This document shows positions 31,177 through 41,661 of a stretch of 64,000 nt of DNA, in pieces. Location: positions 62,001 through 126,000 of IMG/VR virus record IMGVR_UViG_3300044796_000657, one strand, 5' to 3'. The position numbers and the translations under genes were made by a program. A model generated the notes under the pieces. It was not told where the DNA came from. It saw only the letters and a list, made by a program, of their open reading frames with translations, and searched no databases. Within the stretch, counting starts at the first letter, position 1. Every line of letters begins with the position of its first letter.

Positions 31177-32188
31177 AGGATTCCAATAGATCCATTGCTG
31201 GATTCACGAATTTAACATCCATGCCAAGTAATTCAATGGCTTTGCCGATCCTCATTTCTGGCAAGGTGAGGAACATCAACAAGTTAAGTAAACTAAATTT
31301 TGTCGTCATTCCGTTTACTGTTGCCTCGTAAAGCCAATCTTTAGTTGCACACTTACGTTCGTGGCTAGACATAAAGATCGGCTTATCCAGATCGTACTCA
31401 ATCAAGGTCTTCGAAGTCAGTAGCCGCTTCTGCTTCGATCTTTGCGTTCGTCCATCTGGCTTCGACCTCTGATGGATCTTCTTTTGCATGAAGGGGTACA
31501 TGTGGTGTCCATTCTTCAACAGGTATGTATGGTGGGCCAAGTACGTCAAGAATCCAAGGCCCGGCCTCGTTAAGTTCCATCAAATTCATTTCTGCTTCGA
31601 TGGTTTCTTTGATTTTCTTATCTTCCGTGCAGCAGATTTTAGCCAATGCGATTTGTCCCATTCCTTTCAAAACATCAGCGGCGTCATCAATCGCTACTGG
31701 CTCTTCGATTTCCTTCAAAGTTAACACATGGATGAAGAACAATCTGCACACATCAGATATGGGATTATTCAAAACTCACCTCCTTGAGAACGGAAGAAAA
31801 CCAACCTAACCCGGCATATTTCTTGCCGAGAACCTTGCCGTTTTTGCCATACCTACTTTGTGTAGCACCCGGCAAAAAATGATTTACTAGTGCATCGTAG
31901 AGATACCAAAATGTTAGAAGGATTTCTTTTTCTTCACAGGGAAATTCATTCGCTAATGGTCTTAAGTCTGGCACATCAATGGCGAATGGTTCCTGCACAA
32001 CCTCAGACGTTAAATCACGAGCGCTGATTTTCAACAATAATTCTTCGGCCTGTTCGTGGCTGAACAAAAGCATGTCGTGAGTTTTACGATCTTCAATGTA
32101 TGGCAAGAATAGCCGAGCGTCAGGAAGTATGACAGAATACATGGGGAGAGTGATCTCCTGCACACTTCCCCGTTTGATGAGTATGGTT

Positions 32189-32641
32189 TCACTTAACATG
32201 AGCAGTTTCCACTTCTCGGTATGTTAAGCGTGCTTCATTACAGCCAGCCTTTGAACAACCAAAAGTACCTAGCGGTCTCTTGTTCTGCCCGTAAAGCCGC
32301 TTGCAATTCGGACAAACCGCTTGGAACTTCTTTGGCGGCAACAAGTGGCCGTCACCGCAAGTTACCTTATCAGAACATCCGAGTTTTCTTGCCATTGCCT
32401 TCCAAATGGCATTGTGCTTTTCACCCGGCGTTAGAGCGTGGGCCACTTCATGTAAGAAGGTGTCCATCACATGCTCTTCTGGCCCAACCAGAGCGTAGTA
32501 TCGGTTAATGTAAACCTTCTTCAGGCGATAGCAACACTCACCGAAACTTCTGTTGCCATCTTTGTATTCCAAAGCCCATCCCAAGAGCTTTTGTTCTTGA
32601 AAAATTTGTTTTGCTTTGGCTTCAAGTGTTTCGATGTCCAT
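32189..32641 (-). CDS. SprT-like zinc metalloprotease
   Basis: LHEVAHAL, H...WK, C-terminal CPNC. Confidence 0.8.
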   Translation of the reverse strand: MDIETLEAKAKQIFQEQKLLGWALEYKDGNRSFGECCYRLKKVYINRYYALVGPEEHVMDTFLHEVAHALTPGEKHNAIWKAMARKLGCSDKVTCGDGHLLPPKKFQAVCPNCKRLYGQNKRPLGTFGCSKAGCNEARLTYREVETAHVK

Positions 32642-32665
32642 TGCCGATCCCCTTTCTAGCCATTG

Positions 32666-32679
32666 GGGTGTATGGTCAC
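32666..32679 (-). promoter_or_regulatory. 14-bp element
   Basis: Exact copy. Confidence 0.85.
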
Positions 32680-32709
32680 AGTGTATCAGCAATCAAAACA
32701 AAAATCAAG

Positions 32710-32946
32710 TCAATTTTCTCTCCGATTTTTCCTGTACGTAATACGCCCTTTGGTTAAATCGTAAGGGGATATTTCCACTGTCACATAATCGCCGGGAATG
32801 ATCTTAATGTAATTTCGACGCATCTTCCCGGCAATGTGAGCAATGATTTCAGCATTGTCAACATCTAATAGCTGAACACGAAAATTAGTGTTAGCCAATG
32901 CCTCAATCACTCGACCTTCCAATTCAATTGCTTCTTCTTTTGCCAT
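32710..32946 (-). CDS. infA: Translation initiation factor IF-1
   Basis: [15 protein letters not shown]....FRV...[33 protein letters not shown]. Confidence 0.97.
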   Translation of the reverse strand: MAKEEAIELEGRVIEALANTNFRVQLLDVDNAEIIAHIAGKMRRNYIKIIPGDYVTVEISPYDLTKGRITYRKNRREN

Positions 32947-33590
32947 TATTTACCTTCATTGAATCGCCAATAAGGAATTGAAGGCGGAATTTCGCCCGTT
33001 TCCCAATAGCTTATACCTTCTGCGTTTTTGTAATTTAGCATTGCCGTCTTGAATTTCAGCAATGCCGTCCGTCTCACAGTGATGTAATAAAACTCACAAC
33101 GTGCATCCCGCATAGCATCCCAATGCTTATAGCATTCGTCTGTTTCTATGACGACAGCATTAATGATATTGACTCTGTCTTGTTCTAATTGTGATCTTTC
33201 AAGTATCGTTTTACGATACGCACGATTGAACATTACATATTCGTTAACTAATTTTCTATCGGGGAAACGAACTGCTGCTTCCTCAACAAATGGTGCGTCT
33301 TTTAAGTCGCACCGGCGTCTTCGAATTAGACGCAAATCGCTTTCTGCGTCGGACTCTTTGGCCATGATGTAGCTGGTTTCCCGCCGATCCAAGAGCTGCA
33401 TAATGATTGCTTGCTCTTGGATTGCCTTGCGGAGATAGACGTTCTTCAATTGGTCGTATACCGGATCTTCGAGAGAGGATTGAATCATCAAGATCGCTGT
33501 GAGAGTTTCACAATTGATCTTGTATTCTTCGGACTGCTTTGCTTGCTCTTGAGTCGCAAGTGCCAACATAACCATAATGGCAGCAAACAT
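32946..33590 (-). CDS. Hypothetical exported protein
   Basis: N-terminal signal-like [12 protein letters not shown]; GGAGG SD. Confidence 0.65.
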   Translation of the reverse strand: MFAAIMVMLALATQEQAKQSEEYKINCETLTAILMIQSSLEDPVYDQLKNVYLRKAIQEQAIIMQLLDRRETSYIMAKESDAESDLRLIRRRRCDLKDAPFVEEAAVRFPDRKLVNEYVMFNRAYRKTILERSQLEQDRVNIINAVVIETDECYKHWDAMRDARCEFYYITVRRTALLKFKTAMLNYKNAEGISYWETGEIPPSIPYWRFNEGK

Positions 33591-33607
33591 ACGAGCCTCC
33601 TTGAGGA

Positions 33608-34345
33608 TTAATCCTCACACCATCCCGGTTCACACCACCTCGGTATGATTTCATTGGGTAATTGATGAGTATACCCTTGCTTATTCTTTGGATCGAGGTA
33701 CTTGCGTCCTCCAAATACACCAACTCCCCATGCGTGAATATATGTGTTATTTGGTGGCCAATTAACTTTTATGTCTTCACCAAAAATCTTTTTATCTCCA
33801 TGTTTGAGGATTTTTTTAATTCCTTCAATTCCTCCACTTTTCAATATCACATCATCAGTTGCACTCAGTGATTTGGTCGTAAAAATCGAATCAATGTCCG
33901 AAACTGTGTAGCCGAGTCGAATGAGGAGAGTATACAAAGAAAGCATTGGTGGCGCAATCATCCAACGCAATGAGCCACAGAAAATGTAACCATATTCAAA
34001 GCTGGTGCTGTAAATTAGCGAATGTGGTATCTCTAATCGATCTTCGAATTGATGAACAAGCTTTTCGGAATTAACTACGTGTTTTGGCTTGCCTGAAAAA
34101 TAGACCAATACTTGTTGTAACGATGGAGGTGGGGGGGCTTCTTGACCTCCATATATGATCATTTGCGGCTTTTCATTTACAGCGAGAGAATGGTGATCTA
34201 AAACAAATTCTTTGCAAGCGGTTGGAATAGATACCAAAGTTCCATTTTCTGATACTGTGGTGAATTCTTTGAAACCGCTCCCAACAACATTCTTAATGTA
34301 CGGGCTATTGGGCTTCGTAAGATTCATTGGGTATGCTGAAAACAT
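33608..34345 (-). CDS. Hypothetical protein; resembles 43298..43897
   Basis: W...P..LSLYTLLIR motif. Confidence 0.6.
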   Translation of the reverse strand: MFSAYPMNLTKPNSPYIKNVVGSGFKEFTTVSENGTLVSIPTACKEFVLDHHSLAVNEKPQMIIYGGQEAPPPPSLQQVLVYFSGKPKHVVNSEKLVHQFEDRLEIPHSLIYSTSFEYGYIFCGSLRWMIAPPMLSLYTLLIRLGYTVSDIDSIFTTKSLSATDDVILKSGGIEGIKKILKHGDKKIFGEDIKVNWPPNNTYIHAWGVGVFGGRKYLDPKNKQGYTHQLPNEIIPRWCEPGWCED

Positions 34346-34613
34346 GCTGTTGTTCCGCTACAGAGTTCGTGCGATCCTGATTAAGATCTTCCCAAAAAGC
34401 GATTAGTAAATCAATATCACTTGTTCGCTGGCCGGTGGGGGTTGTGTACGAACCGAATTCTTGGTACTCAATCCTCATACGCTCGAATTGATGCGCATGA
34501 TCGATTTCACAATGATGTACATTCATCCGGAGAGTTTTGCGAAGAAATTGGATGAGCCAAAAGAAGATGGCGGCGCAAAGAAGAAGTGCTAAAATGATCA
34601 TAGAAGTGATTCC

Positions 34614-34644
34614 ATCTGCCGCCCGGTTAAACCGGGCGGCAGAT
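34614..34644. terminator. Perfect GC-rich inverted repeat
   Basis: ATCTGCCGCCCGGTT-A-AACCGGGCGGCAGAT; no U tract. Confidence 0.5.
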
Positions 34645-35014
34645 TAAGGTCAAGCGGCTTGCATAGATTCGTATTCGAGTTCGGCAAAATACCACTCGTT
34701 GCCTTCGAAGGCGAAATTCCCGAAGTAGTGATCATCGTACGCAAATCGCCTGAGAACTGTCAGGATCACCAAATCGAGAGCCTTCTTTGTCAGCCCCGTC
34801 TTCAGGAACTTACCGGTCAATGGCCTGACGCTGCCTCGCATCAGTTTCATTTGCCGATCCAAAAGTATCACTCCACAATTTTTGCCATTACAGCTCAATT
34901 TGATTGTGGAGCCAAGCACTTGAGGCTTAACTATTGGCAACACATCGGGCATTCTGTTTCCTCCTGTAATGAATCCCTCAACCCACAACGTCCTGTGCTA
35001 CGGATCGAGAAGAC

Positions 35015-35043
35015 AGTGTAACATATTTGAAATAAGAAGTCAA
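35015..35043 (-). promoter_or_regulatory. sigma70-like promoter
   Basis: TTGACT-17-TACACT. Confidence 0.55.
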
Positions 35044-35610
35044 CACAATTTTATGAAATTATTTTATAATGACCCTCCTGAATTTGAAGTTTGAGAATTT
35101 GAATTCGTGTAGAGGCAGGCGAGAAAAACCACAAGTGGCCGGGTGGCATTTGAATGAGATGAGATTGCTTGAACAATTTCAACTCGCACAATGTTTCACT
35201 GAGAACGTTAAGATCGTTAGACATGACAAATTGATTGGTTGCCTTGCGAATATCAGCAAAATAGACTTTTTCATCGCATCGCCGAACTAGCAAAGAATTT
35301 TCATCGGCTTCAAAGTGGGTTTTCCAATGGTGTTGAGGCCAAGGGCGAATTTTAGCATTCCGATCAGCAATTAAGTGCTTGGCACTTATGAGTAAATTGT
35401 TTGTTTGAGCAACCCCAACTGCCGCAATACAATCGGAAGCAATGGTAGGAACGGTATGGTTAGTGAGCAAATTGCGGATACGTTGCGACAAGTTCGGGTT
35501 TGTAGAATATCCTATGATTGCAAACATTTCGCCTCCTAATAAGCATTCCTAATCTGTCGCCCGATTATGTCGTATAATTCGGCTGTGTCAAGTCTAATTT
35601 ACAATCATTG

Positions 35611-35624
35611 GGGTGTATGGTCAC
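35611..35624 (-). promoter_or_regulatory. 14-bp element at the strand switch
   Basis: Exact copy; T/G at +8/+9. Confidence 0.85.
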
Positions 35625-36149
35625 AATTCAAAACGGTTACTATTATTACCACATAATGAATAATGATGCTGGCTACTATTGCGTACTTCACACAACAACC
35701 AATAATCACTTGTGTTTGTATTTCAACACATATCCCGATGCACAATTTGCCGTTACATCCGGGCCTTATTTAACAAAAAACTCTTGCGATGATATTTGTG
35801 TTAGTGTGCCATGCGTCGTTGAAGAACCATGTGCCTCTATCATTGATGAAGTGTATGATGACACACAAGATATTCATAAGACCAAACACGAAAAAGAATT
35901 AGCCAGAGCACGCTTTAATAGACTACTCCAAAACAAGAGAGAAAAATATGGAAAACCCACCAATTGATTTGATAGAGAAAAAACCAGAATTGAATGATGA
36001 AATCACCAATGAACAATTAGACCAAATGGCGGAAAAAGATAAACATGGTAAGAGTATAAAAATGTCAAAACATGAACGTGAGTTGCTAAAAGCACGTTTG
36101 AAAAGAATGAGTCAACAAGGTGTCAAACTTAACGAAATGCTCAAAAGCA

Positions 36150-37112
36150 ATGTCAGAAACAAATCCTGTAACTGCGGAAAATAAAAATCTACTGCTAAAG
36201 CATATGCTCTCACCCGGCGACGTATTGGTTCTCACCGCTGCCGTTGAAAGTCTTATGAAACAATACCCGAATCAATATCGGGTATTAGTTGAAACGACAT
36301 GTTCTGAAATCTGGCAAAACAATCCGCACATTGGCAATTGTCAGAAAAAGGACTGTCAGACTATTCAAATGCATTACCCAAATATTCACAAGTCGCACAT
36401 GATTGGCACTGGCCACTTCATGAAAGCCTTTTGTGATTATTTGGGTGAACAACTCAAAATACCACTTATCCTTCAAGTCAATAAACCTCACCTATATCTG
36501 TCAGCAGAAGAACAAAAAGACAGACTGATTTCTTGCGATTACATTGTTGTGAATGCAGGAGTCAAAATGGACTACACTTGTAAAGGATGGGGACATAACA
36601 ACTATCAAGAAGTTGTAGATTTACTTCGTGACAAAAAATTTAACATCGTTCAAATAGGCGAAAAACACCATAGACACAAACCTCTGCGTGGCGTAATTAA
36701 CCTATTAGGAAAAACAAAGCCCCGTGAATTATTTAGTCTGTGCTATCATTCACAAGGCGGTATAGGTGGCGTTACATTCCTACAACACATTATGGCATCG
36801 CTTGAAAAGCCTTATGTTTGTTTGTTGGGCGGCAGAGAACCGGCAACGTGGATTTGGTACCCTTCTCAAACTATATTATCCACACAGGGTCAATTGCCAT
36901 GTTGTAAGCCCAACGCTTGTTGGAAAAGTAGAGTTGTTCCACTCAAAGATGGCGATAGCAAAGATCAGTCGTTATGTAAAATGCCAGTTAATAAAAATGG
37001 CGAAATGATACCAAAGTGTATGGAAATGATTTCGCCGTATGAAGTAGTAAACGCCTTATTGAAATACGTTGAAGGTGGTATTATACCGCTTTCTTTGCCC
37101 ATGTCGTCATAA
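36150..37112 (+). CDS. Glycosyltransferase family 9 (heptosyltransferase-like)
   Basis: SPGDVLVLT, WQNNPHI, K.WG..NYQEVV, VQIG, NLLGKT, HIMASLEKP. Confidence 0.8.
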   Translation: MSETNPVTAENKNLLLKHMLSPGDVLVLTAAVESLMKQYPNQYRVLVETTCSEIWQNNPHIGNCQKKDCQTIQMHYPNIHKSHMIGTGHFMKAFCDYLGEQLKIPLILQVNKPHLYLSAEEQKDRLISCDYIVVNAGVKMDYTCKGWGHNNYQEVVDLLRDKKFNIVQIGEKHHRHKPLRGVINLLGKTKPRELFSLCYHSQGGIGGVTFLQHIMASLEKPYVCLLGGREPATWIWYPSQTILSTQGQLPCCKPNACWKSRVVPLKDGDSKDQSLCKMPVNKNGEMIPKCMEMISPYEVVNALLKYVEGGIIPLSLPMSS

Positions 37113-37659
37113 GGTCTTTTTTGCCACCTTGTCCGGCAAAGTGAATCATGAAATCACCTTCATGATAAGTTCCATTGTGCTTATAAGAATTAAACAATCT
37201 TTGACTTACAACTTCAAAGCGTGCCCAATCTTTAGGACAATCTTCAAACAACTGCATAATTGAACCATTGTCGCCATCAAACCAACCATTTCTACAACAA
37301 TAAGCCCGAATCAAAAAGTCATAACTCCACGGACAATTTCTAATCCAAAATTGGCCCGCATTTAGTGTCCAACGATCATAAGAAATGATCATGTCTTTTG
37401 TAGTTTCAGGAGGTACCGGTAAAATTTCAGAATTCATAATTAATGAATCGGCGTCTGTCCAAAAAATCCAATCATAGTTTGGTAAATGTCTGACAAGTAC
37501 TAAAAGTTTTCCCCACATCGCACCATCTGGCGGAAATATACTGGTTTCACAAATGAATGGAATGTTGTGCTTGTCGCAATATGCCTGTTTGTTTTTGGCA
37601 CCAATAATGGCATATTCTTCTATTTTTTTATCGTAAGATGTAAGCATGGCAATTTTCAT
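37081..37659 (-). CDS. Glycosyltransferase family 34-like (GMA12/MNN10)
   Basis: NK.AYC.KH, WGK, YDWIFWTDADS, LNAG, FNSY, GDFMIHFAG. Confidence 0.8.
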   Translation of the reverse strand: MKIAMLTSYDKKIEEYAIIGAKNKQAYCDKHNIPFICETSIFPPDGAMWGKLLVLVRHLPNYDWIFWTDADSLIMNSEILPVPPETTKDMIISYDRWTLNAGQFWIRNCPWSYDFLIRAYCCRNGWFDGDNGSIMQLFEDCPKDWARFEVVSQRLFNSYKHNGTYHEGDFMIHFAGQGGKKDLMTTWAKKAV

Positions 37660-37881
37660 GTCATAGATAGACATAAAACCATAAATTATAATCAAGCACT
37701 CACTCTATTACATCAAGTGAGTCGTGTTGCCAATCGCTAAAAAGACAGTAATATGCAACTTTTTTATTTTACAACTAACTCATCAAAATATCAAAAACGC
37801 CTAGTTTTTAAGGGTTTAAACATTAAAAACCCATAACGACTATTTGATTTATACATATATTCCTTTTTTTGAAAGTGTTTC

Positions 37882-38850
37882 ATGGCTACAATTTCTACAC
37901 GAGTTTTATCGGCTGATCGTCTCAATGATTTTCTCACTTTGTCAGTAGATCCAGTTGATCTGCTTCCCGGCTACGGTGCGGGTTTTGACGGAGGCTTTAA
38001 CTCTTTGGGTAATCTCAGAGGTAAAACCGGTTTCTATAAAGTGGTAATCAATTCTATCACTTGGGAAGGTACTGGTGTTGATACTGGCAAAATGTTAACT
38101 TTGGACGTTCGTGTTCCTCAGTTCAACGAACAAAACGACGTTGCCATCATTGATAACCTGACTTTGGATTCGAGTGACTTGGCAGCAACTTTTAGCATCG
38201 ATACGATTGTCGCCGCTGTTAACCAAGGTATTCCTGGCCCAAGCATTTATACCCAAGGTGACGGTACGTGGGATCTCTTGAACATCAAGACTTCTCTTCC
38301 AGCCTCAACTGATATTACTGATTTTGTTTTGACGGTGGACTACACCTTAACCTTCACCGAAGTTGGTAGCACCCAATTTGACGCCTTGACTGCCGGTAGT
38401 GTTGATCTTTCAGTTGATGATGACAAAAATGCCGATGCTATCAATATTAATATCACCCCTGCCACCGGCGCCGGTGTTTATATCTTCTTGCCTGTTTCTT
38501 TGGAAACTTTAGTTGATGATCAAGTCGTTACGGGCGACTCGGTTCCTGCGTTTACTCTCACCAGCTACGCTTCAATTGGCGGTTACGGATACAGTCGTTC
38601 GCTTATATCACACGCAATTTCCAAGTCCTCATCACATACCAAAAACTATGTGGACGACACGGCTTACGTAATTGCTGTAAATGACGGAAATGCTGATGGT
38701 AACGCTGCTTTGACGCACGTATTTGATAGCGGTTCAACCGTTGCTAAGCATCTATTGTGTAGCGCTTCGTTGTACCGTGTTGATGCATGGCCGACCGACG
38801 ATAAGGTTGATGCAACCCTTAACTTCAAGATGGGCTTTATCTCTGCTTAA
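37882..38850 (+). CDS. Acidic, beta-rich protein, possibly virion structural
   Basis: 322 aa, D/T/S/V-rich; followed by a hairpin. Confidence 0.6.
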   Translation: MATISTRVLSADRLNDFLTLSVDPVDLLPGYGAGFDGGFNSLGNLRGKTGFYKVVINSITWEGTGVDTGKMLTLDVRVPQFNEQNDVAIIDNLTLDSSDLAATFSIDTIVAAVNQGIPGPSIYTQGDGTWDLLNIKTSLPASTDITDFVLTVDYTLTFTEVGSTQFDALTAGSVDLSVDDDKNADAININITPATGAGVYIFLPVSLETLVDDQVVTGDSVPAFTLTSYASIGGYGYSRSLISHAISKSSSHTKNYVDDTAYVIAVNDGNADGNAALTHVFDSGSTVAKHLLCSASLYRVDAWPTDDKVDATLNFKMGFISA

Positions 38851-38873
38851 TTAGTATTTGATTTATCAACAAC

Positions 38874-38909
38874 GAATAATGCCAACAAGAAATCTTGTTG
38901 GCATTATTC
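38874..38909. terminator. Long AT-rich inverted repeat
   Basis: GAATAATGCCAACAAGA-AA-TCTTGTTGGCATTATTC. Confidence 0.6.
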
Positions 38910-38948
38910 ATAACTCTTTATTATTCTCGTTCTAATTGAAGGTAAAAT

Positions 38949-40763
38949 ATGGCATCACCTCCACCACCACCACCACCTGTACCACCTGTGGCACCAAGGA
39001 TGCCTGGCGCCGGTCCACCTAGTCCACCTAGTCCACCACCACCTGTGGCACCCTCTTTTGTACCTGGAGAAAATAATAGTACTATTCAAACACTTACAAA
39101 TGGACAAACAGTAACACATCCAGCAGGTGCGCCTGTACAGACTGGACCACCAGCACCAACGCCATTCTCACCGCCACCCCCACCGCCACTCCCGGAACCG
39201 ATGGTTTTACGACCTGGAGAAAATAACACTGTTATTCAAACACTTCCAAACGGTCAAGAAAGAATATATCCAGCAGGTGGACCACCATCTAATCCGCCAC
39301 CTCCTGCTACTGTACCGCCGCCCGGATCACCACCGACACCACCACTGCCACGACGACCGGGTGCAGGTATGACAACACGACCGGTCGTTCCTCCGACGAC
39401 TGTTCCGCCACCTACACCTACTGTTCCGCCACCTACACCTACTGTTCCGCCACCTACACCTACTGTTCCGCCTGCGACTACTGCTCCACCACCTAGTTCA
39501 ACAACACCGGGCAGTGCATGGATTCCTTCTACGACATCACCACCACCATCATATATTCCACCCGGCCCAACCACTGCACAAATACCGCCAGCTCCTGCCG
39601 GTACAGTGGCGGGGCGAAATGGTTGGATTTCACCGCCGCCGGTCGTCGTGGCTCCACCGCCTCCGCCGCCTCCGGTTGTGGTTCCGCCCCCGCCGCCGGT
39701 CGTTCAAAAGCCGCCCGTAGTCGTTCCGCCGCCGCCCGTATCAACCGGAACGCCTCCCGGCACAGGGCCATCAACAGCAGGTAAGGTTGTTACTGTTCTG
39801 ACTGTGGCTGCATTGGCATCAATAATTGCCGATGCGGTTGAATCGTCAGCAGAAGCATCGTTTAAAGATTGCTTTACTGGCTTAATGGTAGCATGTGGTT
39901 ATACAACGTTCCAACCATTGAATATGTTAGCTAATGAAAATCATCCACAAGGATTCAATATCCCCAACGAAATTGATTTGTTATATAAGAAGCTGAAAGA
40001 CATTCTTTCACGAGCAGTTGCACCTGGACCGTTGTCAATACTACTGCCCGGTGGTGGATCAAGACGTTTTGAAGACTCGGCTGATTTTCAAAAATTCATT
40101 GACGACGTAGCAGCAGATGCGTGTCGTAGGAATAAAGACATAGCTAAACCGGGATTTGATTTATCACTATTCCAAGGCAATCAAGGTTGTTGGGAATTAG
40201 CCAGAGCAATTAACGCCAAAGCAGTAAAGTGTTGGTGTGCCAAGCAACCCAATATCGATCCTGCAGCATGTGTAAAATTAAAAAACTTTACCCAAGTTAA
40301 ACTCAATTGGCTTGTCGCTCTAGATAATAGTTATTTCGGACAAGCATTAACAATAGCGCACCAAAGAATCGAAGGCGGCGGAATCCAAGTTATCGTTATC
40401 AAAAACCAAATGTATCAATTGGTAGATTATGCTCAAGGCCTCATTGATACTTATTGTCCCATTTCATTTAATGGCGAATGTTGCAAAGCAGGAAGAGCCA
40501 TATTACAACAAGTTCAAAAATTCATCAAGGAAAGAGAAACTCTTATCAAGATCATTCTTTCTGCGATTGCTCAATTGAACGCTTTAGAGTGCCCAACAAC
40601 CACATGCGATTATAACGATGTAATGGCAAAGATAACCGAATTGTACGGTAGAGCAATAAACCTCAATAAATCACTTGATCAACTCAACAAAGATTGGAAA
40701 CTATATCTTGCCAATCTAGTTAAACCAACTTGTACAAGTAGCTCTAGTTCTAGTGGCCCTTGA
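38949..40763 (+). CDS. Pro/Thr-rich protein with central hydrophobic segment and Cys-rich helical C-terminal domain
   Basis: About 275 aa Pro-rich; PGENN..IQTL.NGQ...PAG twice; VVTVLTVAALASIIA. Confidence 0.8.
   Translation: MASPPPPPPPVPPVAPRMPGAGPPSPPSPPPPVAPSFVPGENNSTIQTLTNGQTVTHPAGAPVQTGPPAPTPFSPPPPPPLPEPMVLRPGENNTVIQTLPNGQERIYPAGGPPSNPPPPATVPPPGSPPTPPLPRRPGAGMTTRPVVPPTTVPPPTPTVPPPTPTVPPPTPTVPPATTAPPPSSTTPGSAWIPSTTSPPPSYIPPGPTTAQIPPAPAGTVAGRNGWISPPPVVVAPPPPPPPVVVPPPPPVVQKPPVVVPPPPVSTGTPPGTGPSTAGKVVTVLTVAALASIIADAVESSAEASFKDCFTGLMVACGYTTFQPLNMLANENHPQGFNIPNEIDLLYKKLKDILSRAVAPGPLSILLPGGGSRRFEDSADFQKFIDDVAADACRRNKDIAKPGFDLSLFQGNQGCWELARAINAKAVKCWCAKQPNIDPAACVKLKNFTQVKLNWLVALDNSYFGQALTIAHQRIEGGGIQVIVIKNQMYQLVDYAQGLIDTYCPISFNGECCKAGRAILQQVQKFIKERETLIKIILSAIAQLNALECPTTTCDYNDVMAKITELYGRAINLNKSLDQLNKDWKLYLANLVKPTCTSSSSSSGP
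39399..39472. repeat. 21-bp tandem repeat (ACTGTTCCGCCACCTACACCT, about 3.5 units) encoding TVPPPTP
   Basis: Seen directly. Confidence 0.9.
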
Positions 40764-40772
40764 AGTTAACTC

Positions 40773-40808
40773 AAATAACGCCAACATTAGTTGGCGTTAT
40801 TTTTTTTT
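40773..40808 (+). terminator. Intrinsic terminator
   Basis: AAATAACGCCAAC-ATTA-GTTGGCGTTATTT plus T tract. Confidence 0.8.
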
Positions 40809-41022
40809 AACACACAATCTTTCCGTCTTGACCATTATCCAAAAACCACACAATCCGTGCCAACCCTGTTTCATCTTTGGCCCATTTTCTGAAATGTTTT
40901 CCCATTGTGTGAATAGATGAATAAATTCTCTATTTATTGCCCAATCATACAGATGTTCGTATTCGGCATGAGCAGGAATAATCATCTTATTGTGAAAATC
41001 TTGAAACATACTCTTATACCTT

Positions 41023-41661
41023 ATGAGTCAACAAAAACAATATCGCCGCCTAATACAGCTCATTAATCAATTGGAAGTTCAAATCTATGAACCTCTCTAT
41101 GACAGTGAATACACGAATGCTGGACATTGGGATTACGTTGTCTATGACCACGCTAAATTCTTCGACCATTTACACGAATCCCATTACATTCTAGGCCAGA
41201 AAAAAGGTTTAAAATTCATTGATGTTGGTTGCGGTCTGGGAACAAAAGTCAGTTTGGCCAAAGCATACTTTGACTCTTATGGCTTGGAACTCAATGAGAA
41301 GTACGCCCAAGTTGCCAACAAGATCAATCGACCCAAAAAGTTTAATACTTACGGACGTTATAAAAGATTGAAAAACGATAAACAAAGAATTAAGTGTATG
41401 GATGCCTTGAAAGAAGATTACAGCAATTATGATGTCATCTATTTTTTCCGACCCATCAGTCACATGCCAACACAGAAGAAATTAGAAAAACTAATTTTTA
41501 GCACGGCGAAAGAAGGAGCAATCATTCTGCCCATCTATGCCCAAAGTAAATTTCCTAACTATATCAAAAAACTCCCCACACCAAGCGGAGAGTTATATGT
41601 TAAGTGTGAAAATCCTAGCACCTTCAAAAACTACTCAGCGTTATGCCGAGAAATTTCATAA
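41023..41661 (+). CDS. Class I SAM-dependent methyltransferase
   Basis: FIDVGCGLG, YGLE, DAL..DY..YDVIYFF. Confidence 0.85.
   Translation: MSQQKQYRRLIQLINQLEVQIYEPLYDSEYTNAGHWDYVVYDHAKFFDHLHESHYILGQKKGLKFIDVGCGLGTKVSLAKAYFDSYGLELNEKYAQVANKINRPKKFNTYGRYKRLKNDKQRIKCMDALKEDYSNYDVIYFFRPISHMPTQKKLEKLIFSTAKEGAIILPIYAQSKFPNYIKKLPTPSGELYVKCENPSTFKNYSALCREIS

Noticed and set aside
1571-35290. Numerous plus-strand ORFs in the track
   Set aside because: They overlap well-packed minus-strand genes in antisense and show no recognisable motifs; treated as shadow ORFs.
39254-39574. Gly/Val-rich minus-strand ORF
   Set aside because: Antisense image of the proline-codon repeats in 38949..40763.
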